Assembly (NCBI GenBank): GCA_051294375.1
Contig: CM119263.1
Location: 14,524,414 to 14,588,413, forward strand
Origin: Paraspadella gotoi
Lineage: Eukaryota; Animalia; Chaetognatha
Reading direction: 5' to 3'
Length of the DNA: 64,000 bases
The notes under the pieces were generated by a model. That model was given only the letters and a program-made list of their open reading frames with translations, did not search any database and was not told the origin of the DNA. This document shows, piece after piece, positions 1 through 11,920 of this stretch; positions within the stretch are counted from its first letter, which is position 1; each line of letters starts with the position of its first letter. Both the position numbers and the translations under genes were made by a program.

Positions 1-1850
1 ACAACTTTAGTCGCTCATTTGAAATTCATATTGATCTGACAATGTAGAAGCAATAACTATTGAATGCCTCAAAACTCGTTAATAACTTTACATTCATAAA
101 ACACTAAAAACTAATAAAACTATTATTATTTTTAATTCTCAACGAAAGAACTTCTTTAATAATTTTTTTGGCCGTCGTCGTACGCTTTTAAAAACTTAAG
201 CCGTTTAACCATTTATGAGATACAGCCCCCGTTTTTCAGGGTCTCATTGCGTTTGACATTCGTTGGGAATAGAAAACGATTTTCAAATTTGAGGATGACC
301 TTGTTCGCTGTTGCTAAATGGATTAGATGAATATTTTTTTTCTTTTTTTATTCCGTCGTTATTTACTTTACTTTTTTTTTTTCATTTTTCGTCACTTTTT
401 TTCTCTCTTCTCTGCCTTCGTCTCAAAAAAGTCTCGCTCTTAAAGACTTCTTCAACTTCGAGTAAGTTTTTTTTTCAGCTTCTCGCCCGGGCAGCCCAAT
501 ACCAAAAATCTCCTGCCCGACGTTAGATTTACTTTTTTTTTCTTTCTTTTTTTTTTATTTAAGGATAGGAAGGAAAACGTTCATAATCGTCACGGAAACC
601 AAATCCTATTTTATCGAATCCGAATTAAATTTCGGTTCGAGAATGAAAATATGACGTGGTTTTACGAAGGTTTACGAAATAACAGGAACTTGCACGTACT
701 AGCATCGAAAGTTTCATACAATGCTTGTTAAAATAATTCTGCGCAGATCATGACGAATTGACTATATATTCCGCGTTTTACCTTTTTTATCTCAATTTTT
801 TTATCGGCTGTCGATTTCAAGACCGGCTTTCTCTCAAGATTCTCGACGGGAACTCCTTTCTCGAATGATCGTGCAGGGCGACGAGCAGAGAGAAGACTAC
901 AGGGCGCTATGTTGTACGATGAGAAGGACGCTCCTGTTCCTTAGCGGTTGAGATCGGATCGAATCCCAGTATCAATTTTATCTTATAAAATAATAAAATA
1001 TGTGGTCCTTTGATAAATTAAAGTCAATTTACTATTTTTTTCGCCAAATTACTTTTTAATTTTTAATAATAGCAATCTATGTTTACTTATATACTTTCAT
1101 CATTAAACCAATTTTTAAATAGAAGTTGCATAACAAAAACAAACCTGAACATAAAAAAAATTGCAGATTCCTTGAGTCCACTGACAGTCTGACAGTGAGT
1201 CGCTTTAAAAAAGCTGACGCAAACAAACAATTTAACCTCATTTAAAAAACGTAAGGCGCCTTACGTCTTCAGAATAGCAACGAATTCTTATTTCAGGTGA
1301 CGCAAACAGAAACACGCCCAGTGACGCTGGGCTTGACAAAAGGTGACGCATACGGAATCGCGCCCGACCTCTGCCGGTTCATTTCGCAAACTAGTGGCTC
1401 CGCCTACGGAATATTAATGACGGCACGGTTTCGTTTCGAACACAGACGCTAGTCTTGGCGAGGGAAATACAGGCGACAGAATAGGCGTTCAAATATCGAG
1501 AGTACTTTGCTAGGTCGATGACCAGAAACCAAAACGTAGGTCTTCGCAAATGAAATATACATACAAGCAGAGCGTAACTAACTAATGCACTGTGGCACAA
1601 TTATTTACAGTCAAATGCCTAAAAACTAATTTTCGTATTGATACCAAGGTCGTCGCCACGCCCCATTCGAAAAAAAAAAAAAGACGGAGTCAATGAAGTC
1701 GAAAAATGATAATCAGTAGAAAACTTTTTGATTTATGAGTTGAGAATTTTCTCTTCGATGGATCTCGGTCGTCATCACCTTTTTTTTGGTAAGACATGAA
1801 TCTCTCAGTTCTTCGTCCTTCCTTTCTTACGATCCTCGCCTCGTCTTATG

Positions 1851-1853
1851 TTT

Positions 1854-1892
<39 letters not shown>
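1851..1892. repeat. (TTTC)n microsatellite
   Basis: Directly visible. Confidence 0.95.
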
Positions 1893-2960
1893 CAATAGAA
1901 CGTCCTTCTCTCTCCTAATCTTCCCTCACCACTAACGAGATTCATTAAAAATATTATTTTATATATAAAATTAGTTTACATTTCTTTCCCTCGATCTCCA
2001 CACACCATAATCCGAGATGGAATTTTGTAGTTCTTGATACGAGTCGCATAAGCTGAGCGATGGCAAGGAGCTGGCATCGCCAATTCCGCTTTCGAGATAG
2101 AGAGAGATAGAGAAAAAGGTGGGCGGCAGAGAAAGCGAGTTATGAAAAAAGCAAATTGCCTAACCACACCATTCAAAAGGGAATGTCTTTTGAACAGCGA
2201 AAACAGAAAAACAGACATAACGATAATCTTAAGAGTTAAAAGATAACCATTGTAATACTGTAATCAGTAATGCATTTTATGATTTCGTTCCGTTCTTTTT
2301 GACCAGCGCCTTGCTGGATATGAAATGTTTTTCGATGTTAGGGGTTCTTTGTTTCGGTGTTTACATTGTGAAATAGCCCAACGGAAACGTGGACGAATGA
2401 CCCAAACTTGATGAAAAGCAGAAAGGAGATTAACCTTTCCTTTTTTTTTCCTGCTCACTTCCGTTCTTCATTTACTTTTCATTCATTGTTTTCATATCAA
2501 CCCTAAATTGTTTAAATGTCACTGTTTTACCAAATAATTTGAGTTTTCTTACAGTTTTTTTGTGAGTTTTCCCCCTCAAACATTTTTTTTTTAATATCTG
2601 TTTCTTTGTTTTTTTCTCTGTTTACGTCTCAGATCGCGCTAGCATTCTAAGGGAACTCGGGATTAAAGGCCACTGTTAGGCGCCCCGCCCCCTCCACTTT
2701 TGCTTTCTTGGCCCACGTTTACGGGTGGAACTGACCATCAAAGGATTTGGAAATACAAACCCAGAAAATGCGATATATTGGATTAATTCATCGAAAGAGA
2801 GCGAATAGGAAAGAATGAGGGAATATAATTTTGTTTCCTTTGTTAGGAAATGGCATACAATATTTGAAGAATAAAATATGCATGGTTGAGAAAAAACATC
2901 AGTAAACGCTTTCGAGACAACTGCCAAGAAAAATTATAGAAAACGAAAAAAATGAAGGTA

Positions 2961-2964
2961 GAAA

Positions 2965-3057
<93 letters not shown>

Positions 3058-3070
3058 ATGAATGAATGAA
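2961..3070. repeat. (GAAA)n microsatellite
   Basis: Directly visible. Confidence 0.95.
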
Positions 3071-3780
3071 AGAAAAAGAGAAAAAAAACAGAGAAATAAA
3101 AAGATAAATTATTTTATTATGTCATAATGAAAAGGATGAGGTTATCTCGAACTCCGAAACGCACGACATAATATTATAATCCAAACCTAAATGATCAAGA
3201 ATAATCACCTTAAGGTTGAAATTTAAAATATATCGATAAAAGGAACTCACCTATCTATAGGTGGAATGTGTAATGTTTTCTAAACTAGTATTATTAATCT
3301 ATTTTTTTATCAGTTGTCTGAAAACGAAAACAAATTTTCTGCGATTTCACGAGCCTCCGCGACGTAATCGACAGACTCGCTGAGCGGTTTACTCGGTGAC
3401 AGTTGGAATTAATACAACGGGTGACGGAGAGAAAATCGCCTCTACGATTAGTTTCAGCCAGAAACCGATACATTTCTTATTCGTTTAGAGCGTAACGATC
3501 GTTCGCAGACGAAGATAGTTTTAGTAGAAGCCGAAGAGGTTAAATGAATCTCTCGATACAGAACAAATCATAAAAGTTAACAATTAACCTGAACTCTGAG
3601 AAGTATAGAAGTAGTTTGAAGTCATATATTTATATTATTATGTAGTCTGCACGCTCTTCAATCCAATTTTAACCGATATTACTTTAATGCCGATAACGAA
3701 TATTACGGCACACGAGTGAAAAAGTGATAAAAATATCAGGGTTATTTGAGGTACCTTTACTTTTACGATTTAATTTTTAT

Positions 3781-4200
3781 TCGGATCTGCTTATCAGATC
3801 TTGTCGGGCATTTACTTATATAATGTCAGAACATAGAATTATAGAAAATTATTATTAAAAAATTATGTCTGTCCGTCCGTCCGTCCGTCCGTCCCACCTT
3901 AGCAAATAACCCCAATTACTCGTGATTGGATGGATGGATTGGAATGAAATTTTGTGTGTGGGAAGGGAAGTGTGTGATTGAGCTGGATATGAAGTTTCGA
4001 TGGAATCGTGCGAGTAGAAATGAGTTTAAATGGAAAAAAAAATATTTCACTATTTAAATGCCAATTGCATGGGGCGAACGACTTGAAATTTATTATGTGG
4101 GAAGGAAAGTGTGTGATTAAGCTGGAAATCAAGTTTCGATGAAATCGTCTGAGTGGAAATGAGTTGAAGTGGAAAAAACAAAAAAAACCTGTTTCACTAA
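3781..4200 (+). mobile_element. DINE-1/Helentron-associated (HINE)-like element, 5' part
   Basis: Subterminal motif TCGGATCTGCTTA after a T-tract, a (GTCC)n microsatellite at ~3868-3894, and two ~135-bp internal tandem units shared with 50520-50740. Confidence 0.6.
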
Positions 4201-5890
4201 TTGATTATGCTTCTTTTTCTGTTTTAGATATTACATGATGTTAAATGCAAGATGTATTAATTTCATCAAATAATTTATCAGTTAATTAATCAATTAGTCA
4301 ATTAATGAATCAATAATTAATTAATCAGTCAATTAATGAATTATTCTATTAATTAATTTATTTATCTATTAATTAATTATTTAATCATTCAATTTATTTA
4401 TCAATTAATTAATTTATTTAATCAATCAAGTCAATCGTTATCGGCATTATTGTCGTACCGGTCGCCATCGTCGTCATTGCTTTTTGTCGTGGTTAGTGAC
4501 GAAAAGATCTAAAAACAAACATATCTGAGAAAAGTGAGTTATAATAAAATTTTGTTTTTGTATATAAAAACAAAAGTAAAAAGCTAAACATTACGACATA
4601 AAATATATAATTTAATTTGTTTGATTCTGTAGATAGACGATAGATACGGTAAATAAATCATAATAAAAATTAAAAGTTACGAAATCGGGTTAGGGATTAA
4701 AGTTTAGGTTTATGTTAGGGGTAGATATTAGCATTTTATCTCCCGCGAGAAATTGAATGAAGTGGAAGAAGATGCCGCGAGCAGTTCACAGTCCGTTGCA
4801 CACAAGGTCCCAAACTTCAGATCGGGCTGTAGTCCGACACCACAGGTGTGTTAGAGCCCCGTCGTGTGAATCAGAAGGGCGCGAAGCCGAGTTCTTTGGG
4901 TTGGGAGGAGCTCGTGCTACCTCTGGCGCCAAGGTGCTTCTGATTCTCGGACCAGTAACTGGGTATGAAATACTACTGCTACAATGCTGTCTTTTACTGT
5001 TTTCAAAACTGATCCAAATCAAAAACTGTATTTTATAGAGTAAAATCAATTCAAGATTTGGGATCTGCTTGGTCTTAGCTTTGATTCGACACCTAGATTG
5101 GAGTGACTTTTTGATTAATCAATGGAGAAATGCTGGCTTTTGGATGTGTCAAAGTTTAAAAACTGAGGGCTAAATGTTTTCTTAAATTACCATTGATACT
5201 ATGGATTTTTGTATGACCCGTAGGAATATGAAGTATTATGGCAACAGCCGGGTTGCCTTGTATGCCCATTGGGATGAGACATCTCACTGTTGGCTTGCCA
5301 ACGCAGAGGGAGAATGATCTGGGCCAATTATGATTGCAATGAATGAAATCAGTTCTTGAAACAGTATTTTACATTGATACCAATTTGATGAAAAAATACT
5401 AAATTTTAAGACTTCATTCGCATTATTGATATATTCCCAGAAAGAACTCGAAAACCCGGTATTTGGTAAGGGATTTATGGTTTAATGTTTGGGGATAATC
5501 ATAAGGAACAGAAAATAGTGCCGGACGTTTTAACTGAATTTTGATTTATATACATTTCACCGATAACTCAAAATACTAAATTTATCCAAATCTACCCCCA
5601 GAACTGCAGCATCGGCAAAACATCTACAACACCAAACTCTATTTTACTGGTAGTGACCTCGGAGTGCGGAGTATGGATGGGATTGGTGTGCGTTGGATAC
5701 TGAGAATATTTTAATCTTTAATTCATGATTATGGCGAAAATTGTCAGGCATTTTACGAAACTACGTAGATCCGCAGTGCTCCGTTAGCAGTCGTTTTTAA
5801 TCAAAAACCATTTAAACTCCATTTAGGCCATACACATTTGCATCGGCGACGTCTTGTTCCCACAGCATGGCCGCACAAAAAAAAACTGAC

Positions 5891-7056
5891 CTGCGAGTTT
5901 CTGGCGTAGATGCGGGGAGTAAACTTGCTGACGCTAGACTTGGGTGACTCGGTGTCGTCGAGACTCCGCTGGCGAGAGACGATACCAGGTAGTCGTGTCG
6001 AAGGCGCCGTTGAAATGTTCACGATGCGGACGGGGGAACCTAAATAAGTGGGCGAACTACTTTACATGTCTACCAAGGGTGAACTGTTAACACGATAAAA
6101 ATAGTAGCATCAGTTACTACTGTAATAAGTACATTTTCTTTCTTAGTTAAATTTTGATTTTTTTCGCCTGAAAAGAATTGATTAGAGATTTAATGTTATG
6201 TATTTTTACTGCAAAAGAATAGCGTTTTTTACGTAGTATTAAATTTAATTCCTGAATCTGATTTTAGACCTTATACAATACCCATGCATGATACTGGGGG
6301 TTTAAATCTTTCAGCAAAATTATTTTATCTCAAAAGTAAGGAAATGTGGCAGTATATTCACACCGCCTCACGTCTACCATCGTTCAGCCAATACCATTGG
6401 CTCAGAGGGGGAACACACCATCCCAGGCGTTATGTTCCATCCACAGTCCTAACGACTTCCCTCTGAGTTGGCATTGGCAAAGCGAGACCGTCCTAGGATA
6501 ACCGCGCCAGTGACTGAAGCCCCTAAAGCCAACAGTGAGATGCCCCATCCCAATGGGCATCACAGGCAACCCAGCTGTTGCCATAGAACCTATCTTTATT
6601 CCGCCATTATTTTAGTTTAATGCCACTAATTTTTAAGTAATCTAGTAAAATAGCACCTTTCTACCATTTCATTGTCTTGACGTCGTCTCGACTTTCAACA
6701 CGTCTCCCTTCACCTGTCACGTCGACGATCTCGCTGAATGTGTTGGCCACTTGATGCAAGGGAATGTAGGTAACTGTTTGACAGCCGAGGCCGTCCTCGG
6801 CGGCGGCGTTTGGCGGTGGTGGCGACAGTAGCTGCGGACGAATGATCTGTGTCGTCAACGGATTGTCTGAATCGTCGGTAGCGCTGGTGGTGACGGAGAC
6901 TTCATAGGACGGCGCAGGTAAGTTCTGTGTCAACTGCAGCAATTGATGATGATGCTGATTTTGCGTCAACTGCACCACTTGCTGCTGCTGTTGTTGACTG
7001 TGTTTTTGCTTCTCTTGCTGCTCGTACAGCATCTTGATGGTCTGACTTCGCGGCAT
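5891..7056 (-). CDS. 5' coding exons of an unidentified protein (Q/P/S-rich, probably disordered N-terminus); 3' exons not located
   Basis: ATG at 7056 opens MPRSQTIKMLYEQQEKQK...polyQ...VDVT. A phase-1 donor (ACAG|gtgaag, 6714) joins in frame to exon 6039-5891 (tttag|GT TCC..., GSPVRIVNISTAPSTRLPGIVSRQRSLDDTESPK...RNSQ|gtcagt). Both exons are GC-rich against the background. A probable UTR donor (aag|gtaagt) lies near 7312. Confidence 0.6.
6345..6585 (-). mobile_element. ~240-bp structured dispersed repeat (family B)
   Basis: Reverse-complement homolog of 60319-60561, with a deleted copy at 5237-5311. Ends TATGGCA...TGCCACA. Confidence 0.75.
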
Positions 7057-8374
7057 TGCGCAAAAAGGATGGGTGAGGCTTGGGTGGGGTTCGTCGAGGT
7101 AGGGAAGAGACGATGTGGACTATGGTGACGTCGGAGACAAATATCTTTGATCGGAATCTTCCCCTTCAGTTTTTTTTTCGTGTATCAATCTACGTCACGC
7201 GAAATTCTCTACATCGTGTCTCATTCTCTCTCTTGCCCACAAATCAGGGTTGAGAAGGATCTGTAAAAACGGAAATCTGGTTAAATTAAAGCCGTCAACG
7301 CCAGGACTTACCTTCCGTCCGAAAAAAGGCCGACTCAGCGATGAACGCTGAAGACTAGGCAAAAAAAAAAGAACGTTGGGGGGAGGCGAAGCGCAGGGCG
7401 ACACTTGCCAAACGGGATATGTTGCCAAGCTACTTTCTCAGCGGCGGCATTTTTGTCAGTTCGTTTTTCCGGCATTTTCCTCGGTTCAATCAGCAATTTT
7501 TTTCATTGCAACGACGTGAACCGGAAGTAGGAAAGCTTCAGTGGAGACGTAGGCGTTCGACGTCGAAAATCGGAGGGTGATCAAAGGAGAGAGGAGAGAA
7601 AAATCCCCCTGATACCCCGTGTCTCTTTCTCTCCCGTGTTCTGCATTCTTGTATCTTGGCCTGGGGCTTCTGCAGTGGATCTCTCCTCCTCCTCCTCCCT
7701 TTCCTCCTCCTCGGATGCCTCCTCGCCACACAAAGCGGGCCAGGTTTGGAAAATAGAAAATTCAAAAAAACCGCGGCATATTTAATGAGCTAAATGTCAT
7801 GTTCGGCTCATAATTCCATATCATTACCGGTTACTGGGGTATCGTTCGTTTCGGACTTAGTAAACGATGACCAGGACGTCACGAATGCGATCGTCGTCGC
7901 ACGAACCGCGTTATCGCGCCACGATTCCGGCAAAAAACCGTCACCTTTGACGAGGAGGTCCGAGAATTCTTTTCGGGCGAAAAGGCTCCTCGAGCCGCGT
8001 ATCGTGGCTTCATTCATGTTTTAGGTGCCTCCAAAACGCCCGCCAATCATCGAACAGACCCTTTTTCTCCGGCAGCCAATAAGGGAGAACCTGGGAATCA
8101 GCTGGCCGTCGACGTCATCTTCCACACGTAAACAGAACCACATTGGTTCCGGTCCTAAAGATTCTTGTGTGTGTGTATGTGTGTAAGAATACAAGGATTT
8201 CCGGATAACATGGATTACCGGGAAATTAACCTGCTGGCTATATTTTGAGTCTCTAACATATATCAAAATTAATTTATCCCGCAACACAAAAAATCTTTGG
8301 CTAAATTGAAATTAAATTCTAGCTAGATCGGCCTAAACTTATGGACTAATTTTAAAAAGTTCATTTATTCTTAA

Positions 8375-9266
8375 ACTCAGATGAGTGAATAACTTTGTAA
8401 GTCTTGATTGAAATTTTCAGGGTCCTGCTTTGTTAACATCTTGGAAGACCGATGGAGGCCCTTCTTGGGCAAGTTAGCAAGCATAGCATATGAATGGATT
8501 TGTTTCATATTGGTTGTACTAATTTCATAGAGAAAGAGAACCCAGAGAAACACAGGTAAGGATAAAATAATGACGGATTCTTACAAATATAATAATAATA
8601 AAATATTTACATAAATATAAGACAAAAGGGTAAGGGTTTATATCCTGTTTAATCTCCTTTTTTTTCCTTTTCGTCCTGTATTATATATACTTAAGGGAGT
8701 GGTTTTTTCATGCAATTGAAACATTCTTTGAAACATTATACACCTTCATTCATAGGAAAGTCAGGTATTCTGGGAATGAATAAACGAGACTTTGAGAAAG
8801 TCTTGATTGAAAGCTTGCAGGGACCTGCTATGTCATTATCTTGTAAGAGTGATGGAGGCCTTAAACCACCAAAGCCTGTCCAAAGTCAGGGGCAAGATAG
8901 CTTATTTATTAAATGAATGGATAATTTTTATATTGGTTGTACCAATTTCATAAAATTCAGCTCCTTGTATTTTGATGCTAGTGCGGAGTAAAATATAGTA
9001 TTCCCCAATCTAATACTTAAGGGAGTGGTCTTTTCATACAATTGAAACATTCTTTAAAACATTATACCACTTCATTGATAGGGAAGCTAGGTACTCTGGG
9101 AGTGAATAAACGAGTCTGTGAGAAAGTCTTGATTGAAAGCTTGCAGGGACCTGCTATGTCATTATCTTGTAAGAGTGATGGAGGCCTTAAACTACCAAAG
9201 CCTGGCCAAAGTCAGGGGCAAGATAGCTTATTTATTAATTTTTATATTAGCTGTACCAATTTCATA
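8375..9266 (+). mobile_element. Three clustered copies of dispersed repeat family A (8375-8529 degenerate, 8687-8952, 9013-9266)
   Basis: Shared aagtcttgattgaaa...cagggacctgct...gatggaggcc...attggttgtaccaatttcata. Further copies lie at 45869-46070 (minus), 47410-47532, 32650-32697 and 25027-25086. Confidence 0.8.
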
Positions 9267-9375
9267 TTATAGTACTCCCTACGTGTTAAAGCAGACTAAT
9301 ATAAACTCTTACAATTATATTAAAATTTTTTTTTATTTTTATCATTAAATTATGTTTTGATTTTGAGATAATTTT

Positions 9376-9574
9376 GTATTAATCCTTTCAGCTTCGTTGA
9401 GTTTAGAGATTTAACAAAGTTTGAAAATAGTTTCATCAACGATTTTATTTATGTACGGACATGTTTTGACTCTTCATCAGCGTTAAAAATGCATGAAGAC
9501 TCGAATATGAAGAGTCGAAACATGTTCGTACATAAATAAAATCGTTGATGAAACTATTTTCAAACTTTGTTAAA
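9376..9574. mobile_element. Inverted-repeat insertion with two partial minimal type I hammerhead ribozymes (Penelope-like pLTR remnant)
   Basis: 69-bp inverted arms at 9409-9477 and 9507-9575. Plus strand: ATGA-A-GACTC-loop-GAGTC-GAAA-CATGT. Minus strand: ACG-CTGATGA-A...GTCAAAACATGTC-CGT. A 12-bp direct repeat TGAGATAATTTT flanks it at 9364-9375 and 9575-9586. Confidence 0.7.
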
Positions 9575-9829
9575 TGAGATAATTTTTAAAAAATTGATTG
9601 TTTTCAATATTTATTATTAAAATGCCATATTTAGCACCAATTAAAAAAATATTTGTATAAAAAAGTAATATAAATTTATTGCCAACCCTTTTATATGTTT
9701 AATTCCATTATGATTTTGTTAATTTTATATTGTAAACATCAGTCTGAAAAAGAAGTGTCAGCAATACTAACCTTTGGAAATCACTTTTTTCCAAATCCAT
9801 TTTGTGACTTTGACTTTAAAGTCTTGCTA

Positions 9830-10330
9830 TATTCTACTTCCTGAACCAATTTAAATTTTTCTTGCACCTATCGATAGCTCTTTAAAAAAGCTATACTTTT
9901 TATATATATATTCTCAAAATTAAAAAAGAATAGTGGTGTATTTAAAGCTACCTACTGTCTTCTTTTTTTTTCGCCGCAGTGTACATGCTCAAACGAAAAT
10001 TTATCAATGTAAAAAAAAATTCTTCTTTACCCAAATAATTAATTTTTTAACATTTATTTATAGATAGGAAAGGTGAAAATTTTTTTTTAGAATTTTTTAA
10101 TTTTAAGACCAGATTCAGATAGCTCATAAAAAGTTGTCTGCACAAAGTATAATTCTTTGATAATTCTTTGAGTCAAAAATAAGAAAAACTGTAAAAATCA
10201 AAAATCAATAATTTTAAATTTTTTTTGAAATGATATAATTTTTTGATGGATACTGATAGAGCATAAAAAGTTAAACAAGAAATATAATTACAGCTTTTAA
10301 AAAATCCTAGGATTTCTAAATTAATCAATT
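9830..10330. repeat. AT-rich dispersed repeat with an inverted relative at ~49560-49870
   Basis: ttaagaccagattcagatagct (10103) matches agctatctgaatctgatcttaa (49788) on the opposite strand; gatagagcataaaa blocks are also shared. Confidence 0.45.
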
Positions 10331-10800
10331 TAAAAATTTATCAATCAATCAATCAGTAAATCAATCAATAAATCAGTGAGAAATAGAGAGAGTAAAACCT
10401 TTATATATTTTTTATTATCAAATCTATAATTGATCAAAAATCATCGATTGTGAATTGCACATGGTGGATTGTTGATTGTAGAACATAAATTGTGAATTGT
10501 CCATTGTTGATCGTCCATTGTGGATTTAAACTTTTAAATTAAAAATATTTAATTGAAAATCTTTAATTAAACAATTGGACCAAAAATTGTAAATTGATCA
10601 TGGTGAAATGACGATTTAAATTGACGATGACGAATGACAACAATATAAAAGAAGTTGAAAAGTTATAAAAGTTCTTTCTTTTAGCATAAAAAGGAGCAAC
10701 CAGCACGCATATTTTTGGTTTTAGGTCTGCTACAATTGTCAGTTTCCCGATCTAATAATAATTATTCCTATACTTAATATCCTTCTGAATAATATAAGTA

Positions 10801-11705
10801 ATTATGCCAGTTGATCAAATTATGTCAGTTGAACAAATTATTCAAGCGACCAAATTTTTCAAGTTGACCAAATTATGCCTGTTGATAAAATTATGCCAGT
10901 TGACCAAATTATACCAGTTGAGCAAATTATATCAGTTGATCAAATTATGCCAGTTGACCAAATTATGCCAGCTGACCAAATATGTCAGTGGACCAAATTA
11001 AGCCAGTTGACCAAATTATGCCAGTTGACCAAATTATGTCAATTGGCCAAATTAGATGAGTTGACCAAATTATGTCAGTTGACCAAATTATGTCAGTTGA
11101 CCAAATTATGCCAGTTGACCAAATAATGCCAGTTGATCAAATTATGCCAGTTGACCACATTTTGCAAGTTGACCAAATTATGCAAGTTGAAAAAATTATG
11201 CCAGTTGACCATCTTATACCAATTGACCAAATTATGCCTGTTGTCCAAACTAAAAAAAAAAGAGGCAATGGCCTAGTATAAATGTTAGGTACCATATTGA
11301 TAGTATTTACTTTTTTTTCATTTGCCAAGTTTCTGTCTATGACTAAAAAAAAAAAAAATGGCAAATGGCCTAGTGTAATGCTAATATTCACTCATGATTT
11401 TCATTGATATACTTAATACTTTTCTAATTTGCAATGTCCGCAATGATCCTTAATTGTTTGAATTTTATTTTTAGTGCCATTAGTGCAATTTTTCTTGCTC
11501 AATACTCATCGTTTAATCGTTTAATCTTCTTATTGTCTTAATTGTTAAATTGTCTCTTTTATTTCAGAAAAAAAAAATGACAGCGGATCATATTATGCCA
11601 GTTGACAAAATAATGCAAGTTTATTAAATTATGTAAGTTGATCAAATTATGCAAAATTACCAAATTATCCCAGTTGACTAAATTATTTTTGTTGACCAAA
11701 TTATG
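10801..11705. repeat. 18-bp minisatellite (consensus CCAGTTGACCAAATTATG), ~25 units at 10801-11250 plus ~6 at 11585-11705
   Basis: The tandem units are directly visible and produce the spurious LTKLCQ/VDQIMP ORFs. Confidence 0.95.
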
Positions 11706-11759
11706 CGCATCTGCTAGTAACGATTGATAGATCATTTGATTTATAGATTTTCTCATAGA

Positions 11760-11920
11760 TTTATTAGGAAGTCTATTATGATTTGTTATGTTACGATTTG
11801 TTATGATCTGTTAAGATCAAAAATTGAAAGTCAGAAAAAATTACCGGGATTTATCATCGGATTAGTTTATTATCGCTTAATTATCATAGGCAGATCCGAC
11901 ATGTTTTGCTCAAACTTGGT
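11760..11920 (+). mobile_element. 3' end of the same HINE-like family
   Basis: ...ttatgatctgtt...ttatcatc...TAGGCAGATCCGA...tttgctcaaa aligns by eye with 51200-51335. Confidence 0.55.

Noticed and set aside
4757-5049. Overlapping ORFs in a GC-richer patch
   Set aside because: No recognisable domain and no phase-compatible splice link to the 5.9-kb exon.
8710-9348. Duplicated ORFs (KHSLKHY...LQGPAMSLSCK)
   Set aside because: They lie inside non-coding repeat family A, and other copies of the family are frameshifted or truncated.
10804-11391. Repetitive ORFs (LTKLCQ / VDQIMP), or a CRISPR-like array
   Set aside because: These are translations of a contiguous 18-bp tandem repeat. There are no unique spacers, no cas genes, and the context is eukaryotic.
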